From an uncultured Pelagibacteraceae bacterium (lineage in GTDB: Bacteria; Pseudomonadota; Alphaproteobacteria; Pelagibacterales; Pelagibacteraceae): DNA of 64,000 bases. The stretch lies in NCBI GenBank assembly GCA_902557155.1, contig CACDYR010000002.1, positions 71,025-135,024 on the forward strand, read 5' to 3'. Under the pieces are notes generated by a model, which saw only the letters and a list, made by a program, of their open reading frames with translations, searched no databases and was not told where the DNA came from. Shown here in pieces: positions 9,861-18,452 of the stretch. The position numbers were made by a program, and so were the translations under genes. The first letter of the stretch is position 1. The number at the start of each line of letters is the position of its first letter.

Positions 9861-10240
9861 TGGATAAGATAGCAAAAAACTTACAGTTAGCATTAATGGT
9901 TATTATCTTAATCAGTACTGTTATTGCTGTTGGGATTGAGATGAAAAACATGTTTTTAAATCAATCTGTTACATTAGCAGATTTGCTTTTAATGTTTCTT
10001 TATTTGGAGGTACTAGCAATGGTTAGGGTTTTTTGGAACCAACAATCTATTAGTATTACACTACCACTTCTTATTGCGATTACCGCCCTTGCGCGTTTTA
10101 TTATTCTGCAAGGCAAAGAAATGGATCCTACTGCACTTGTTTATGAAGCAGTAGCTATTTTGTTAATAGCTGGAGCAATTGTTGTTTTAAGATTAAGACA
10201 TAGTGACAAATTAGGTCTTAAGAAAAAAAAATCAAAATAA
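9860..10240 (+). CDS. PsiE-family membrane protein
   Basis: LADLLLMFLYLEVLAMV, PLLIAITALARFIIL; 4 TM. Confidence 0.85.
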   Translation: MDKIAKNLQLALMVIILISTVIAVGIEMKNMFLNQSVTLADLLLMFLYLEVLAMVRVFWNQQSISITLPLLIAITALARFIILQGKEMDPTALVYEAVAILLIAGAIVVLRLRHSDKLGLKKKKSK

Positions 10241-10246
10241 TTTAAA

Positions 10247-11386
10247 ATGATATTTGAAGCTTCAAGGGCTAAGGCCTTAAATCAATTAAATTATTTTGTT
10301 GATAATAATCTTGGAGAATATTCAAAATTAAGAAATTTTGATTTTGGGCCTGAAAAAAGATCTAATATATCTTGCTTATCACCATATATAACTCATGGAA
10401 TAATTAATGAACAAGAAGTCGTTCAGAAAGCTCTAAGTAAATTTTCTTATTCAAAAAATGAAAAGTTTATTCAAGAAGTTCTATGGCGAACTTATTGGAA
10501 AGGTTGGTTAGAACTTAGACCAAATGCTTGGACAGATTACCTTGTTGAATTAAATCAAATTAAAAATGAATTTCAAAATGATCAAAATTATCTTAATGCA
10601 ATTAAGGGAAAAACAAACATAGATTGCTTTAATGAGTGGGTGAAAGAGCTTAAAGAAAACAATTATTTGCATAATCACACAAGAATGTGGTTTGCTAGTA
10701 TTTGGATTTTTACTTTAGAATTACCTTGGCAATTAGGTGCAGAATTTTTTATGCAACATCTTTATGATGGGGATGCTGCATCAAATACTCTTGGGTGGCG
10801 ATGGGTTGCGGGTGTTCAAACTCAAGGAAAACATTACCTTGCAAGTGAATGGAATATTAAAAAATTCACTTACAATAGATTTAAAAATATCAAATTAAAT
10901 GAAAATGCTCCTCCAAAAGTATCTGAAAAATCTTATCAAATAATTAAACAGGATTTCAATAACCCACAAAAGATTGAGAATAAGAATCTTTTAATTTTTG
11001 AAAATAATCTCTCGTTTGAAATCACTGACTTTAAGGAAAACAACTTTAAGAAAATTTACTTAGTTTCTAATAAAAATGAAAATAGAGCAATAAAACTCAG
11101 TGAAAAGTTAGTGAAATTTAAATCTCATTTAATAGAAGACCAAGAACAAAGATTAAAAAATCAATCTATTGATTGTCAAATTATAGATATAAGTGAATTA
11201 ACAAATATTGAAAATTATTACGGTTTGTATCCAACAGTAGGTGAAAATTTAGATTTTTTAAATTCTAATAATTTAAAGATAGATTTTTTATATAGAAATC
11301 TTGATCAATTAGCTTGGCAATACTGTAATAAAGGTTTTTTTAATTTTAAAAATTATATTCCTAAAATAGTTTCAAGCTTTAATTAA
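10247..11386 (+). CDS. Photolyase-family protein with N-terminal FAD-binding domain (NewPHL-like domain order)
   Basis: SCLSPYI, FIQEVLWR, YLHNHTRMWFAS, DGDAASNTLGWRWVAG all in the first about 210 aa; no N-terminal antenna domain. Confidence 0.85.
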   Translation: MIFEASRAKALNQLNYFVDNNLGEYSKLRNFDFGPEKRSNISCLSPYITHGIINEQEVVQKALSKFSYSKNEKFIQEVLWRTYWKGWLELRPNAWTDYLVELNQIKNEFQNDQNYLNAIKGKTNIDCFNEWVKELKENNYLHNHTRMWFASIWIFTLELPWQLGAEFFMQHLYDGDAASNTLGWRWVAGVQTQGKHYLASEWNIKKFTYNRFKNIKLNENAPPKVSEKSYQIIKQDFNNPQKIENKNLLIFENNLSFEITDFKENNFKKIYLVSNKNENRAIKLSEKLVKFKSHLIEDQEQRLKNQSIDCQIIDISELTNIENYYGLYPTVGENLDFLNSNNLKIDFLYRNLDQLAWQYCNKGFFNFKNYIPKIVSSFN

Positions 11387-11604
11387 AACCAACGAACCAT
11401 TCCAATAATTCCAGCGGTTGCATAAAAAAATTGCAAAAATAAAATTCCTTTATGACCTCCTCTATAGGCCCAAATTCCAATTAAAATGGCTGACAATAAC
11501 AATAGACAAAACCCAAAAAATTCTATGCCTATATTTAAAGCGACAAACAAAGAATACAATATTGCAGTTATAACTCCTGCCCATTCAAAAATTTTATTAT
11601 TCAT
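11383..11604 (-). CDS. Small 3-TM membrane protein, possibly PnuC half-module
   Basis: Three hydrophobic helices; C-terminal LQFFY...IGMVRW. Confidence 0.6.
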   Translation of the reverse strand: MNNKIFEWAGVITAILYSLFVALNIGIEFFGFCLLLLSAILIGIWAYRGGHKGILFLQFFYATAGIIGMVRWF

Positions 11605-12320
11605 AAAAGTTTTTTAAAATTATTATAAAGGATTGTAGAGTAGTTATTCATATCTTTCATGTTATCTTTTGCAGATTGATCAAACTTTTCTAACGCGCCA
11701 TTACCAAGCTGATCCTCCAAAGCTTTTTTATACTCCGGAACACACCCCCATTCATTTACCGTTGTATCTTTTATTTCTATATGAAATTGAATTCCATAAG
11801 CATGATTTTGATATTTAAAAATTTGATACTTTGTGATTGGAGAAGAGGCTAATAAAGTTATATCTTTATTATTTTCAATACCCTGGACCTCATAAGAATG
11901 CCATTGTAAACTTTTAATTTTGTCAGGAAATTTAGAAAATAATTTATCTAAATTTTTTTGATTGGAGAAATTTATATCCATAATTCCTATTTCTGCTGGT
12001 TTAGATTTAACCACTTTTCCGCCCACTACTTCTCCTAAAAGCTGACAACCTAAACAAAAACCTAAATAAGGTTTTTTTAGATCTACAACAAATTCTTTGA
12101 TTTTTTTCTTTTCTTCAATTAACCATGGGTATTCCTTCTCCATATAGGTATCCATTGGACCCCCCATGCAAAACATTCCATCAAATTTACTTAAATCGCC
12201 TGGTATTTTTTCACCTTCATCTAATTCAATGGTAGTTAAATTAAATCCATCAGCCAACATCAAATCTTTAATGTAACCTGGGTCTTCTATTTTAATATGC
12301 TGTAGTACTATTATGTTCAC
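11601..12320 (-). CDS. Class I glutamine amidotransferase-like protein
   Basis: GGPM, GFCLGCQ (Cys nucleophile), QFHIE (His-x-Glu). Confidence 0.9.
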   Translation of the reverse strand: MNIIVLQHIKIEDPGYIKDLMLADGFNLTTIELDEGEKIPGDLSKFDGMFCMGGPMDTYMEKEYPWLIEEKKKIKEFVVDLKKPYLGFCLGCQLLGEVVGGKVVKSKPAEIGIMDINFSNQKNLDKLFSKFPDKIKSLQWHSYEVQGIENNKDITLLASSPITKYQIFKYQNHAYGIQFHIEIKDTTVNEWGCVPEYKKALEDQLGNGALEKFDQSAKDNMKDMNNYSTILYNNFKKLL

Positions 12321-12325
12321 TAAGC

Positions 12326-12454
12326 TTAGCTTAGCTTAGAACACTTCTTGGAACAATATTTTACTCTATCCCAATTTAACTTCCATTTTTTTCGCCAAGT
12401 AAATGGTCTTTTGCAAACTGGACAAATTTTTGTTGGTAAATTTTCTTTTTTCAT
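12326..12454 (-). CDS. DUF2256-family small zinc-ribbon-like protein (absent from ORF track)
   Basis: Manual translation [42 protein letters not shown] (42 aa); ATG overlaps the upstream TGA (TGATG). Confidence 0.9.
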   Translation of the reverse strand: MKKENLPTKICPVCKRPFTWRKKWKLNWDRVKYCSKKCSKLS

Positions 12455-13944
12455 CAAATTGTATTTAGTTTAATAAATTTATCAGCTTCAGATAAAATTA
12501 ATTTTTTTCTATCAGATTTCATTTTATCAAATATTCTTACCATCATCGATAGACGAGGATTTTTTAAAAAAAATTTTCTATTGCGATCGATGAACCTCCA
12601 GTACAAACCATCCATGGTGCTACACCAATCACCTTTCTTAAAGTCCATCATTTTCATAAAATATGCAGATCCACAAATATAAGGTTTGGTTGCAAAAATT
12701 CCTCCATCACTAAATAATCCCATTCCATATACATTGGGAACCATTACCCAGTCTGAGGAGTCTACGAACATTTCCATGAACCATTTGTAAACAATTGTTG
12801 GCTTGATTTCACAAAGGTTCATAATATTTGATAAGATCATTAACCTTTCAATATGATGTGACCAACCATGATTAACGGCATTTTTAATTGCATAATCCAA
12901 AGGTGGAAGACCAGTGGTTCCATCGTACCAAGAATTTTTCATTTTTCTATTTTGTTTGAAAAAATTTCCAGTTTCCATTTCTTGAGAGTATGACTGATAA
13001 ATTCCTCGCATAAATTCTCGCCAACCAATCACTTGACGAATGTAACCCTCTAAAGAATTCATTCTAATTTTATTTTTCTTGTGAAAGTCTAAAACTTTTT
13101 GGACAACAAATTCAGGGGTTATTAAACCTAAATTTATGTAAGGACTTAATGCACTATGGAACAGGATATTATCTTTTTGATCAACTGCATCCTCATAATC
13201 ACCAAAAAGATTAGATTTTTCTTTTATAAAAAAATTCAATAGTTTAACTACATCTTCATATTCCGTTGCAAACCAAAAATTATTTGTACTCCCTGGGTGA
13301 TTTTTAAATTCCTTTTCAATAATAGGCTTTAATTTTTTTGTGTGACTGGTTTCATTTATTTTTGGAAATTTAGGAATTGAAATATTTTTAGGTAATTTAT
13401 TTCTGTTATCTTCATCAAAGCTCCATTTGCCCCCGATTGGATTACCATCTGGACCCATCAATATTCCAGATTTTTTTCTAACATCTTTGTAGAAAGTTGC
13501 CATAAAAGGTTTTTTTGATTTTGATAAATAATTTTTAAATTCAGTTCTTGAATTTAAAAACATAGGAGTTTGAACAACATTCCAGTGTATTTTTTCTTTT
13601 TTTAAAAATTGTGAAATTTTTTTTTCAAAAAATTTATCCTCTACTTCAAAACTAGAAATTTCTTTTACTTTTTTTTCTGTAATTTTTTTTTTTAATTTTT
13701 TTAAATAATCTTCATTAAATTCTTTATCTTCGATTTTAAAGTAATCTAATTTAAATTTGTTTTTTCTTAATCCATCTGCATAAGAACGCATAGAAGATAA
13801 AAATAGTAAAATTTTTTGTTTATGATGCTTTTCATAAGTGCATAAACCCTTATCTTCAGCCATAAAAAATAGGTGGTCTTTTTTGAAGCGGTCTAGGTAT
13901 TTTGTTGGAAATAATTGATTACCAAGTATAAAAAATAACTTCAT
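12454..13944 (-). CDS. Bacterial cryptochrome/(6-4) photolyase, PhrB/CryB class, lacking Fe-S cysteines
   Basis: [54 protein letters not shown]. Confidence 0.92.
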   Translation of the reverse strand: MKLFFILGNQLFPTKYLDRFKKDHLFFMAEDKGLCTYEKHHKQKILLFLSSMRSYADGLRKNKFKLDYFKIEDKEFNEDYLKKLKKKITEKKVKEISSFEVEDKFFEKKISQFLKKEKIHWNVVQTPMFLNSRTEFKNYLSKSKKPFMATFYKDVRKKSGILMGPDGNPIGGKWSFDEDNRNKLPKNISIPKFPKINETSHTKKLKPIIEKEFKNHPGSTNNFWFATEYEDVVKLLNFFIKEKSNLFGDYEDAVDQKDNILFHSALSPYINLGLITPEFVVQKVLDFHKKNKIRMNSLEGYIRQVIGWREFMRGIYQSYSQEMETGNFFKQNRKMKNSWYDGTTGLPPLDYAIKNAVNHGWSHHIERLMILSNIMNLCEIKPTIVYKWFMEMFVDSSDWVMVPNVYGMGLFSDGGIFATKPYICGSAYFMKMMDFKKGDWCSTMDGLYWRFIDRNRKFFLKNPRLSMMVRIFDKMKSDRKKLILSEADKFIKLNTI

Positions 13945-13971
13945 AGTTAAATATAACTAATAAAATTTTTT

Positions 13972-14682
13972 ATGTCAGAAAAATATCTAGTTTTTGGTGC
14001 GACAGGTTCTATTGGATCAAGTTTAGCGGAGCAATTAAAAAACTCTGGAAACAATATTCATTTAGTTGGAAGAAATGAAAGTGAACTTAGTTCTGTCGCT
14101 GAAAAACTTGGATGCACACATACCGTTGCAGATGTTTTAGAGGATGGGTTTATAGAAAAAGTTAAATCAGATATTTCTGAAATTAAAGGCCTAGCGTATT
14201 GTGTAGGTTCAATTGATTTGAAACCATTAAGAATGGTAAATGAACAAGACTTTCAAAAATGCATGAAACTTAATCTTTATTCTGCTGTAGAAGCTATTAA
14301 AGGATATCAGGAAAGTTTAAAAAAAAATAAAGGTTCAATAGTTTTATTTTCAACTGTTGCTGCTCAAAGAGGTTTTACCAATCATGCAATCATAGCTTCA
14401 GCAAAAGCTGCTGTTGAAGGATTGACGGTTTCTCTTGCAGCAGAATTCGCTCCAAACATAAGAGTGAATTGTGTGGCACCAAGTTTAACAAAATCTAAAA
14501 TAGCAGAACCAATGTTAAAAAATACTGCTATAGCTGAAGGTATTGCAAAAGCACATCCTCTTAAAAGATTAGGCGAAGGTAAAGACTCTGCTGCTCTTGC
14601 TAAATTCTTACTAACAGAAGATAGTTCTTGGGTTACAGGCCAAATAATTGCTGTAGATGGTGGTAGATCTAAACTTTCATAA
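13972..14682 (+). CDS. Short-chain dehydrogenase/reductase
   Basis: GATGSIG, ASAK, IRVNCVAP, VTGQIIAVDGG. Confidence 0.9.
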   Translation: MSEKYLVFGATGSIGSSLAEQLKNSGNNIHLVGRNESELSSVAEKLGCTHTVADVLEDGFIEKVKSDISEIKGLAYCVGSIDLKPLRMVNEQDFQKCMKLNLYSAVEAIKGYQESLKKNKGSIVLFSTVAAQRGFTNHAIIASAKAAVEGLTVSLAAEFAPNIRVNCVAPSLTKSKIAEPMLKNTAIAEGIAKAHPLKRLGEGKDSAALAKFLLTEDSSWVTGQIIAVDGGRSKLS

Positions 14683-15751
14683 AGTGATCAAATATTTTTT
14701 ATCGATATTTTTCTTTTTATTATTTTCATCGAAAAGTTTTTCTGAAAATTTTACTTTTAAAAAATTGACAGATTTAAATGACCCATGGGGATCATCTTTT
14801 ATAAATAATGAAGAGCTTATTATCACTGAAAAAACTGGAAAAATAAAAATAGTAAATATTATTTCTGAAGAAGTTTATGAAGTTGAACATAACTTAAATT
14901 ATTTTGTTCACGGACAAGGAGGCTTATTAGATATTATTTACAAAGATAATTACTTATGGATTTCTTATTCAGAAAATAGAGGAGACTGGAAAACTAGTAC
15001 ATCAATTGCAAAAGCTAAATTAAATAAAAAAAATTTAGATTTCAAAAATATATTTCAAGCTGAACCACCAATAGAATCTGGTTATCATTTCGGTTCAAGA
15101 CTGGCTATAAAAGAAAATTATCTTTTTGCATCTGCTGGTGAAAGAGGTGGTGGTATGATTGCTCAAGATCCGACTAGCCATCCTGGAAGTATTATCAGAA
15201 TTTATTTAGATGGTAGTATTCCAGAAGATAACCCTAAGTTTGATGGTAAATCAGATTGGTTACCAGAAATTTATCAAATTGGTGTTCGTAATCCTCAAGG
15301 TCTAACCTATTCCTCTTTTGATGGAAAAATTTATGCAAGCAACCATGGTGCAAAAGGTGGTGATTGGTTTGGTGAGATTAAAAAGGGAGAAAATTATGGT
15401 TGGAAAATTTTAGGTTGGGGCGGAACAAATTATTCAGGCTCAAAGATTGGACCTAAATGGAAACCAGGTTTTACTAAGGCAATCCAATACTGGGTACCTT
15501 CAATAGCTGCAAGTGCAATAACTATTTATAAGGGAAAAGAATTTAATGAATGGGATGGCGAAGCGCTCATTACTTCTTTAAAAGATAAATCAATGAGAAA
15601 ATTAAACTTTAAAAATTCATCAAAGATTGAAGAAGCAGTTATTTTCAAAGATAAAATTGGAAGAATAAGAGATATACAAGTTCACCCAGTTAATGGAAAA
15701 ATATATTTTCTTGCGGGAAACAGTTTGTGGTTAATGGAGAAAAAAAAATAA
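14657..15751 (+). CDS. PQQ-dependent sugar dehydrogenase (GSDH/YliI family); true start probably GTG near 14684
   Basis: GQGGLLDI, HFGSRL, GVRNPQGL, NYGW, GRIRDI; signal peptide. Confidence 0.9.
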   Translation: MVVDLNFHKVIKYFLSIFFFLLFSSKSFSENFTFKKLTDLNDPWGSSFINNEELIITEKTGKIKIVNIISEEVYEVEHNLNYFVHGQGGLLDIIYKDNYLWISYSENRGDWKTSTSIAKAKLNKKNLDFKNIFQAEPPIESGYHFGSRLAIKENYLFASAGERGGGMIAQDPTSHPGSIIRIYLDGSIPEDNPKFDGKSDWLPEIYQIGVRNPQGLTYSSFDGKIYASNHGAKGGDWFGEIKKGENYGWKILGWGGTNYSGSKIGPKWKPGFTKAIQYWVPSIAASAITIYKGKEFNEWDGEALITSLKDKSMRKLNFKNSSKIEEAVIFKDKIGRIRDIQVHPVNGKIYFLAGNSLWLMEKKK

Positions 15752-15752
15752 T

Positions 15753-16742
15753 ATGAAAGAAAGACCTTATCATCATTTACCTGATGGTACTTTCAGGAAT
15801 CCAAAAGGATCTCCAGTAATAATATCCAGATCAGGAAAATTTTCTTATAGAACTTTCAGTAAATTAAGAAAAAAAGTTGATTTATCTTATCCAAAAGAAC
15901 ATGTGATTGAAAAAGAAAAAGTATTAGCTGATTTAGAAAAATATAAAGATAATGATTATATTGCTTGGATAGGTCACGCGACATATCTTATAAAATTAGG
16001 TGGAACTACAATTATAACAGATCCTGTATTTTCAAAGAATGCTGGACCACTAATCTTTGGTCCAAAAAGATTTACTGATCCTGCAATAAAATTAAATGAG
16101 ATACCTAAAACGGATATATTTTTACTTACTCATAATCATTATGATCATCAGGACATGTCAACAATTAGAAATTTTCCTTTCAAGAGTGCAAAAGTATTGA
16201 CGCCATTAAACCTCGGTAAATATTTCAAAGGATATAAAGATGTAAATGAAATGGATTGGTATGATCAAATAATTATAAATGAGGATTTGAAAATTTCTTT
16301 ACTTCCTGCAGTTCATTGGTCAAAGAGAAGTTTAACAGACACTAATAAAACTTTGTGGGGTAATTTTTTAATAGAACATAAAAATAAAAAAATTTTATTT
16401 GCATGTGACACTGGATATGGGGAAATCTACAAAGAACTAGGTGAAAAATATGGTCCTATAGATCTGACAATGATTAATATTGGGGCTTATAATTTCAAAC
16501 CAATGTTTGATAAAACTATATATCATACTACGCCAGAGGAAGCCCTGAATGTTGCACAAGACCTAAAAAGTAAAAAAATATTAGGAATGCATTGGGGGAC
16601 ATTTGTTTTGTCATTAGAGCCGATTATGGAACCCCCAATTAGATTTAAAGATAGTGCTGAAAAATATGGTTTTAATAAAGAAGATGCAATTATTTTTAAA
16701 ATTGGAGAAGTTAGTCCTCTAGATAAATTGTTACAGAGTTAA
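15753..16742 (+). CDS. MBL-fold metallohydrolase (NAPE-PLD/RomA-like)
   Basis: WIGHAT, THNHYDH, ACDTGY, GMHWGTF. Confidence 0.9.
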   Translation: MKERPYHHLPDGTFRNPKGSPVIISRSGKFSYRTFSKLRKKVDLSYPKEHVIEKEKVLADLEKYKDNDYIAWIGHATYLIKLGGTTIITDPVFSKNAGPLIFGPKRFTDPAIKLNEIPKTDIFLLTHNHYDHQDMSTIRNFPFKSAKVLTPLNLGKYFKGYKDVNEMDWYDQIIINEDLKISLLPAVHWSKRSLTDTNKTLWGNFLIEHKNKKILFACDTGYGEIYKELGEKYGPIDLTMINIGAYNFKPMFDKTIYHTTPEEALNVAQDLKSKKILGMHWGTFVLSLEPIMEPPIRFKDSAEKYGFNKEDAIIFKIGEVSPLDKLLQS

Positions 16743-17657
16743 ATACTTAATTGCAAAAAATATAGTCCCTATAGATGCAATAGTAGACACAAAAATTGCT
16801 TTTATTATATTTTCGGGACTTACATTATAAGCGGCACATAAAACTATAGAAGTGACTCCACAAGGTGCAACACTAACGAAGAAAGCACCTGGTATTTCAG
16901 CTGGCAATCCTGCATTAAAAAACACTAATCCAATTAACAATAAAATTATCGGGGAAATAACTAATTTTAAAACTGAAATAGAAACAGATAATTTGTTAAT
17001 TACATTTTTAGTATAAAATGAAAGAGTTATGCCAATTGCAAACAATCCAACTGGCGAAACACATGCCGCAAGTTTAGACAGAGTATATTCAATCGGTGTT
17101 TGATCAATATTAAATTTTAATAATAAAAATAATAGACCTATAATTATTGAGAGAATAAATGGATTTAAAAATAAATTTTTAATAAAATTAGATAAATTTA
17201 CATTTTTTTTTGTAGATAATTCGAGAAATAAAGCGATTATAGATAATAAAATTATCCCATCCATTAATATAATACTTGCAACTTGTGTAATTACATTTTG
17301 TTCAAAATAAATTTCTGTTATTGGCAATAGCAAAGTCACATGGTTTGATAATGCAACTGTTAAAGCCCAAATAATTGACTCTGGGATTGATCTTTTAAAA
17401 TATTTTGAAGTAATTAAGTAAGCGATAATTCCACATATCGATTGCATAATTAAATAAGAAAAAATTTGTTTAAAATCTACTTGTCCAATTTCATTTTGTG
17501 CTATTAGCTTAATAATCAATGCTGGGACCGCAATATAGAACAAGAAAAGATTTAAAATTTTAGCATGGCTAAGGTCTAAGACTTTTAACTTACCAAATAC
17601 AAACCCTAAAAAAGTAATAAATATAAATGGAGTTAGTCCTAAAAAAATTGTGAACAT
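16731..17657 (-). CDS. AEC (auxin efflux carrier) family transporter
   Basis: About 10 TM; FYIAVPALI, SPVGLFAIG, APCGV. Confidence 0.8.
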   Translation of the reverse strand: MFTIFLGLTPFIFITFLGFVFGKLKVLDLSHAKILNLFLFYIAVPALIIKLIAQNEIGQVDFKQIFSYLIMQSICGIIAYLITSKYFKRSIPESIIWALTVALSNHVTLLLPITEIYFEQNVITQVASIILMDGIILLSIIALFLELSTKKNVNLSNFIKNLFLNPFILSIIIGLLFLLLKFNIDQTPIEYTLSKLAACVSPVGLFAIGITLSFYTKNVINKLSVSISVLKLVISPIILLLIGLVFFNAGLPAEIPGAFFVSVAPCGVTSIVLCAAYNVSPENIIKAIFVSTIASIGTIFFAIKYLTL

Positions 17658-17660
17658 AAA

Positions 17661-18452
17661 TTATTTGATTGTTATTCTATGCATTATTCTATTTCCTTTG
17701 AAAGGTGTTGCTTGATGAAGCATAGATCTATTATCCCATATAGCCAATTGATTTTTTTCCCAAGGCAATGAAAATTGAAACTTCTTCTTAATTTGATGGT
17801 TAAATAAAAATTTTTTTAACTTTTCTTGATTTTTTATCTTTGAGCTAAAACCAACAAAATGTCCTGGACTGCAATAAATAGAATAATTTGTGCTGATTTT
17901 CCTAATTATTTTATGTGAAGATTTAAGTTCTTTTATATTTTTTCCTTTTTCTTTTACTCTTTCTTTTGTTGTAACCGAGATTGGACCCTCAGAGGAATAT
18001 TTACCTTTAATATTTTTAAATTTTCTTTTTATTGGACTTGGTAATTCTTTATAAGCAAGATATTGAGAACAAAATTCTGTATTAGCTTTTCCTTTTTTTG
18101 GCACAAGTTTAGAAAGCAACATTGTAAATCTTGGTGGTTTTTTTGTATAAATCGAGTCTGTATGAAATTGTTCACCAAAACTTGGTCCTTTGTCAGTTGA
18201 TTTTCTTTGCACCACAGTAATTTGCGGAAATTTTTTATTTAAACCTTTTAGTCTTGGATAGTTGGCTAATTTTCCAAAATATTTCGCAAACTGAATGTAA
18301 AATTTAGAAGTTAATTCTTGTTGTTTAAAATACAACATTCCATATTTATTCAGTGCTTTCTTAATTTTTAAAATATCTTTATTCGTAATATCTTTTAAAT
18401 TTACAATTATTTCAGCTCCAATATTTTTTTTATTTGGAATTATTTTTAACAT
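17661..18452 (-). CDS. TauD/TfdA family Fe(II)/2-oxoglutarate dioxygenase
   Basis: FHTD (HxD), WDNRSMLH, HRITI. Confidence 0.9.
   Translation of the reverse strand: MLKIIPNKKNIGAEIIVNLKDITNKDILKIKKALNKYGMLYFKQQELTSKFYIQFAKYFGKLANYPRLKGLNKKFPQITVVQRKSTDKGPSFGEQFHTDSIYTKKPPRFTMLLSKLVPKKGKANTEFCSQYLAYKELPSPIKRKFKNIKGKYSSEGPISVTTKERVKEKGKNIKELKSSHKIIRKISTNYSIYCSPGHFVGFSSKIKNQEKLKKFLFNHQIKKKFQFSLPWEKNQLAIWDNRSMLHQATPFKGNRIMHRITIK

Noticed and set aside
12324-12339. GCTTA x3 micro-repeat at the DUF2256 stop codon
   Set aside because: Too short to be meaningful; slippage would alter only the last residues.
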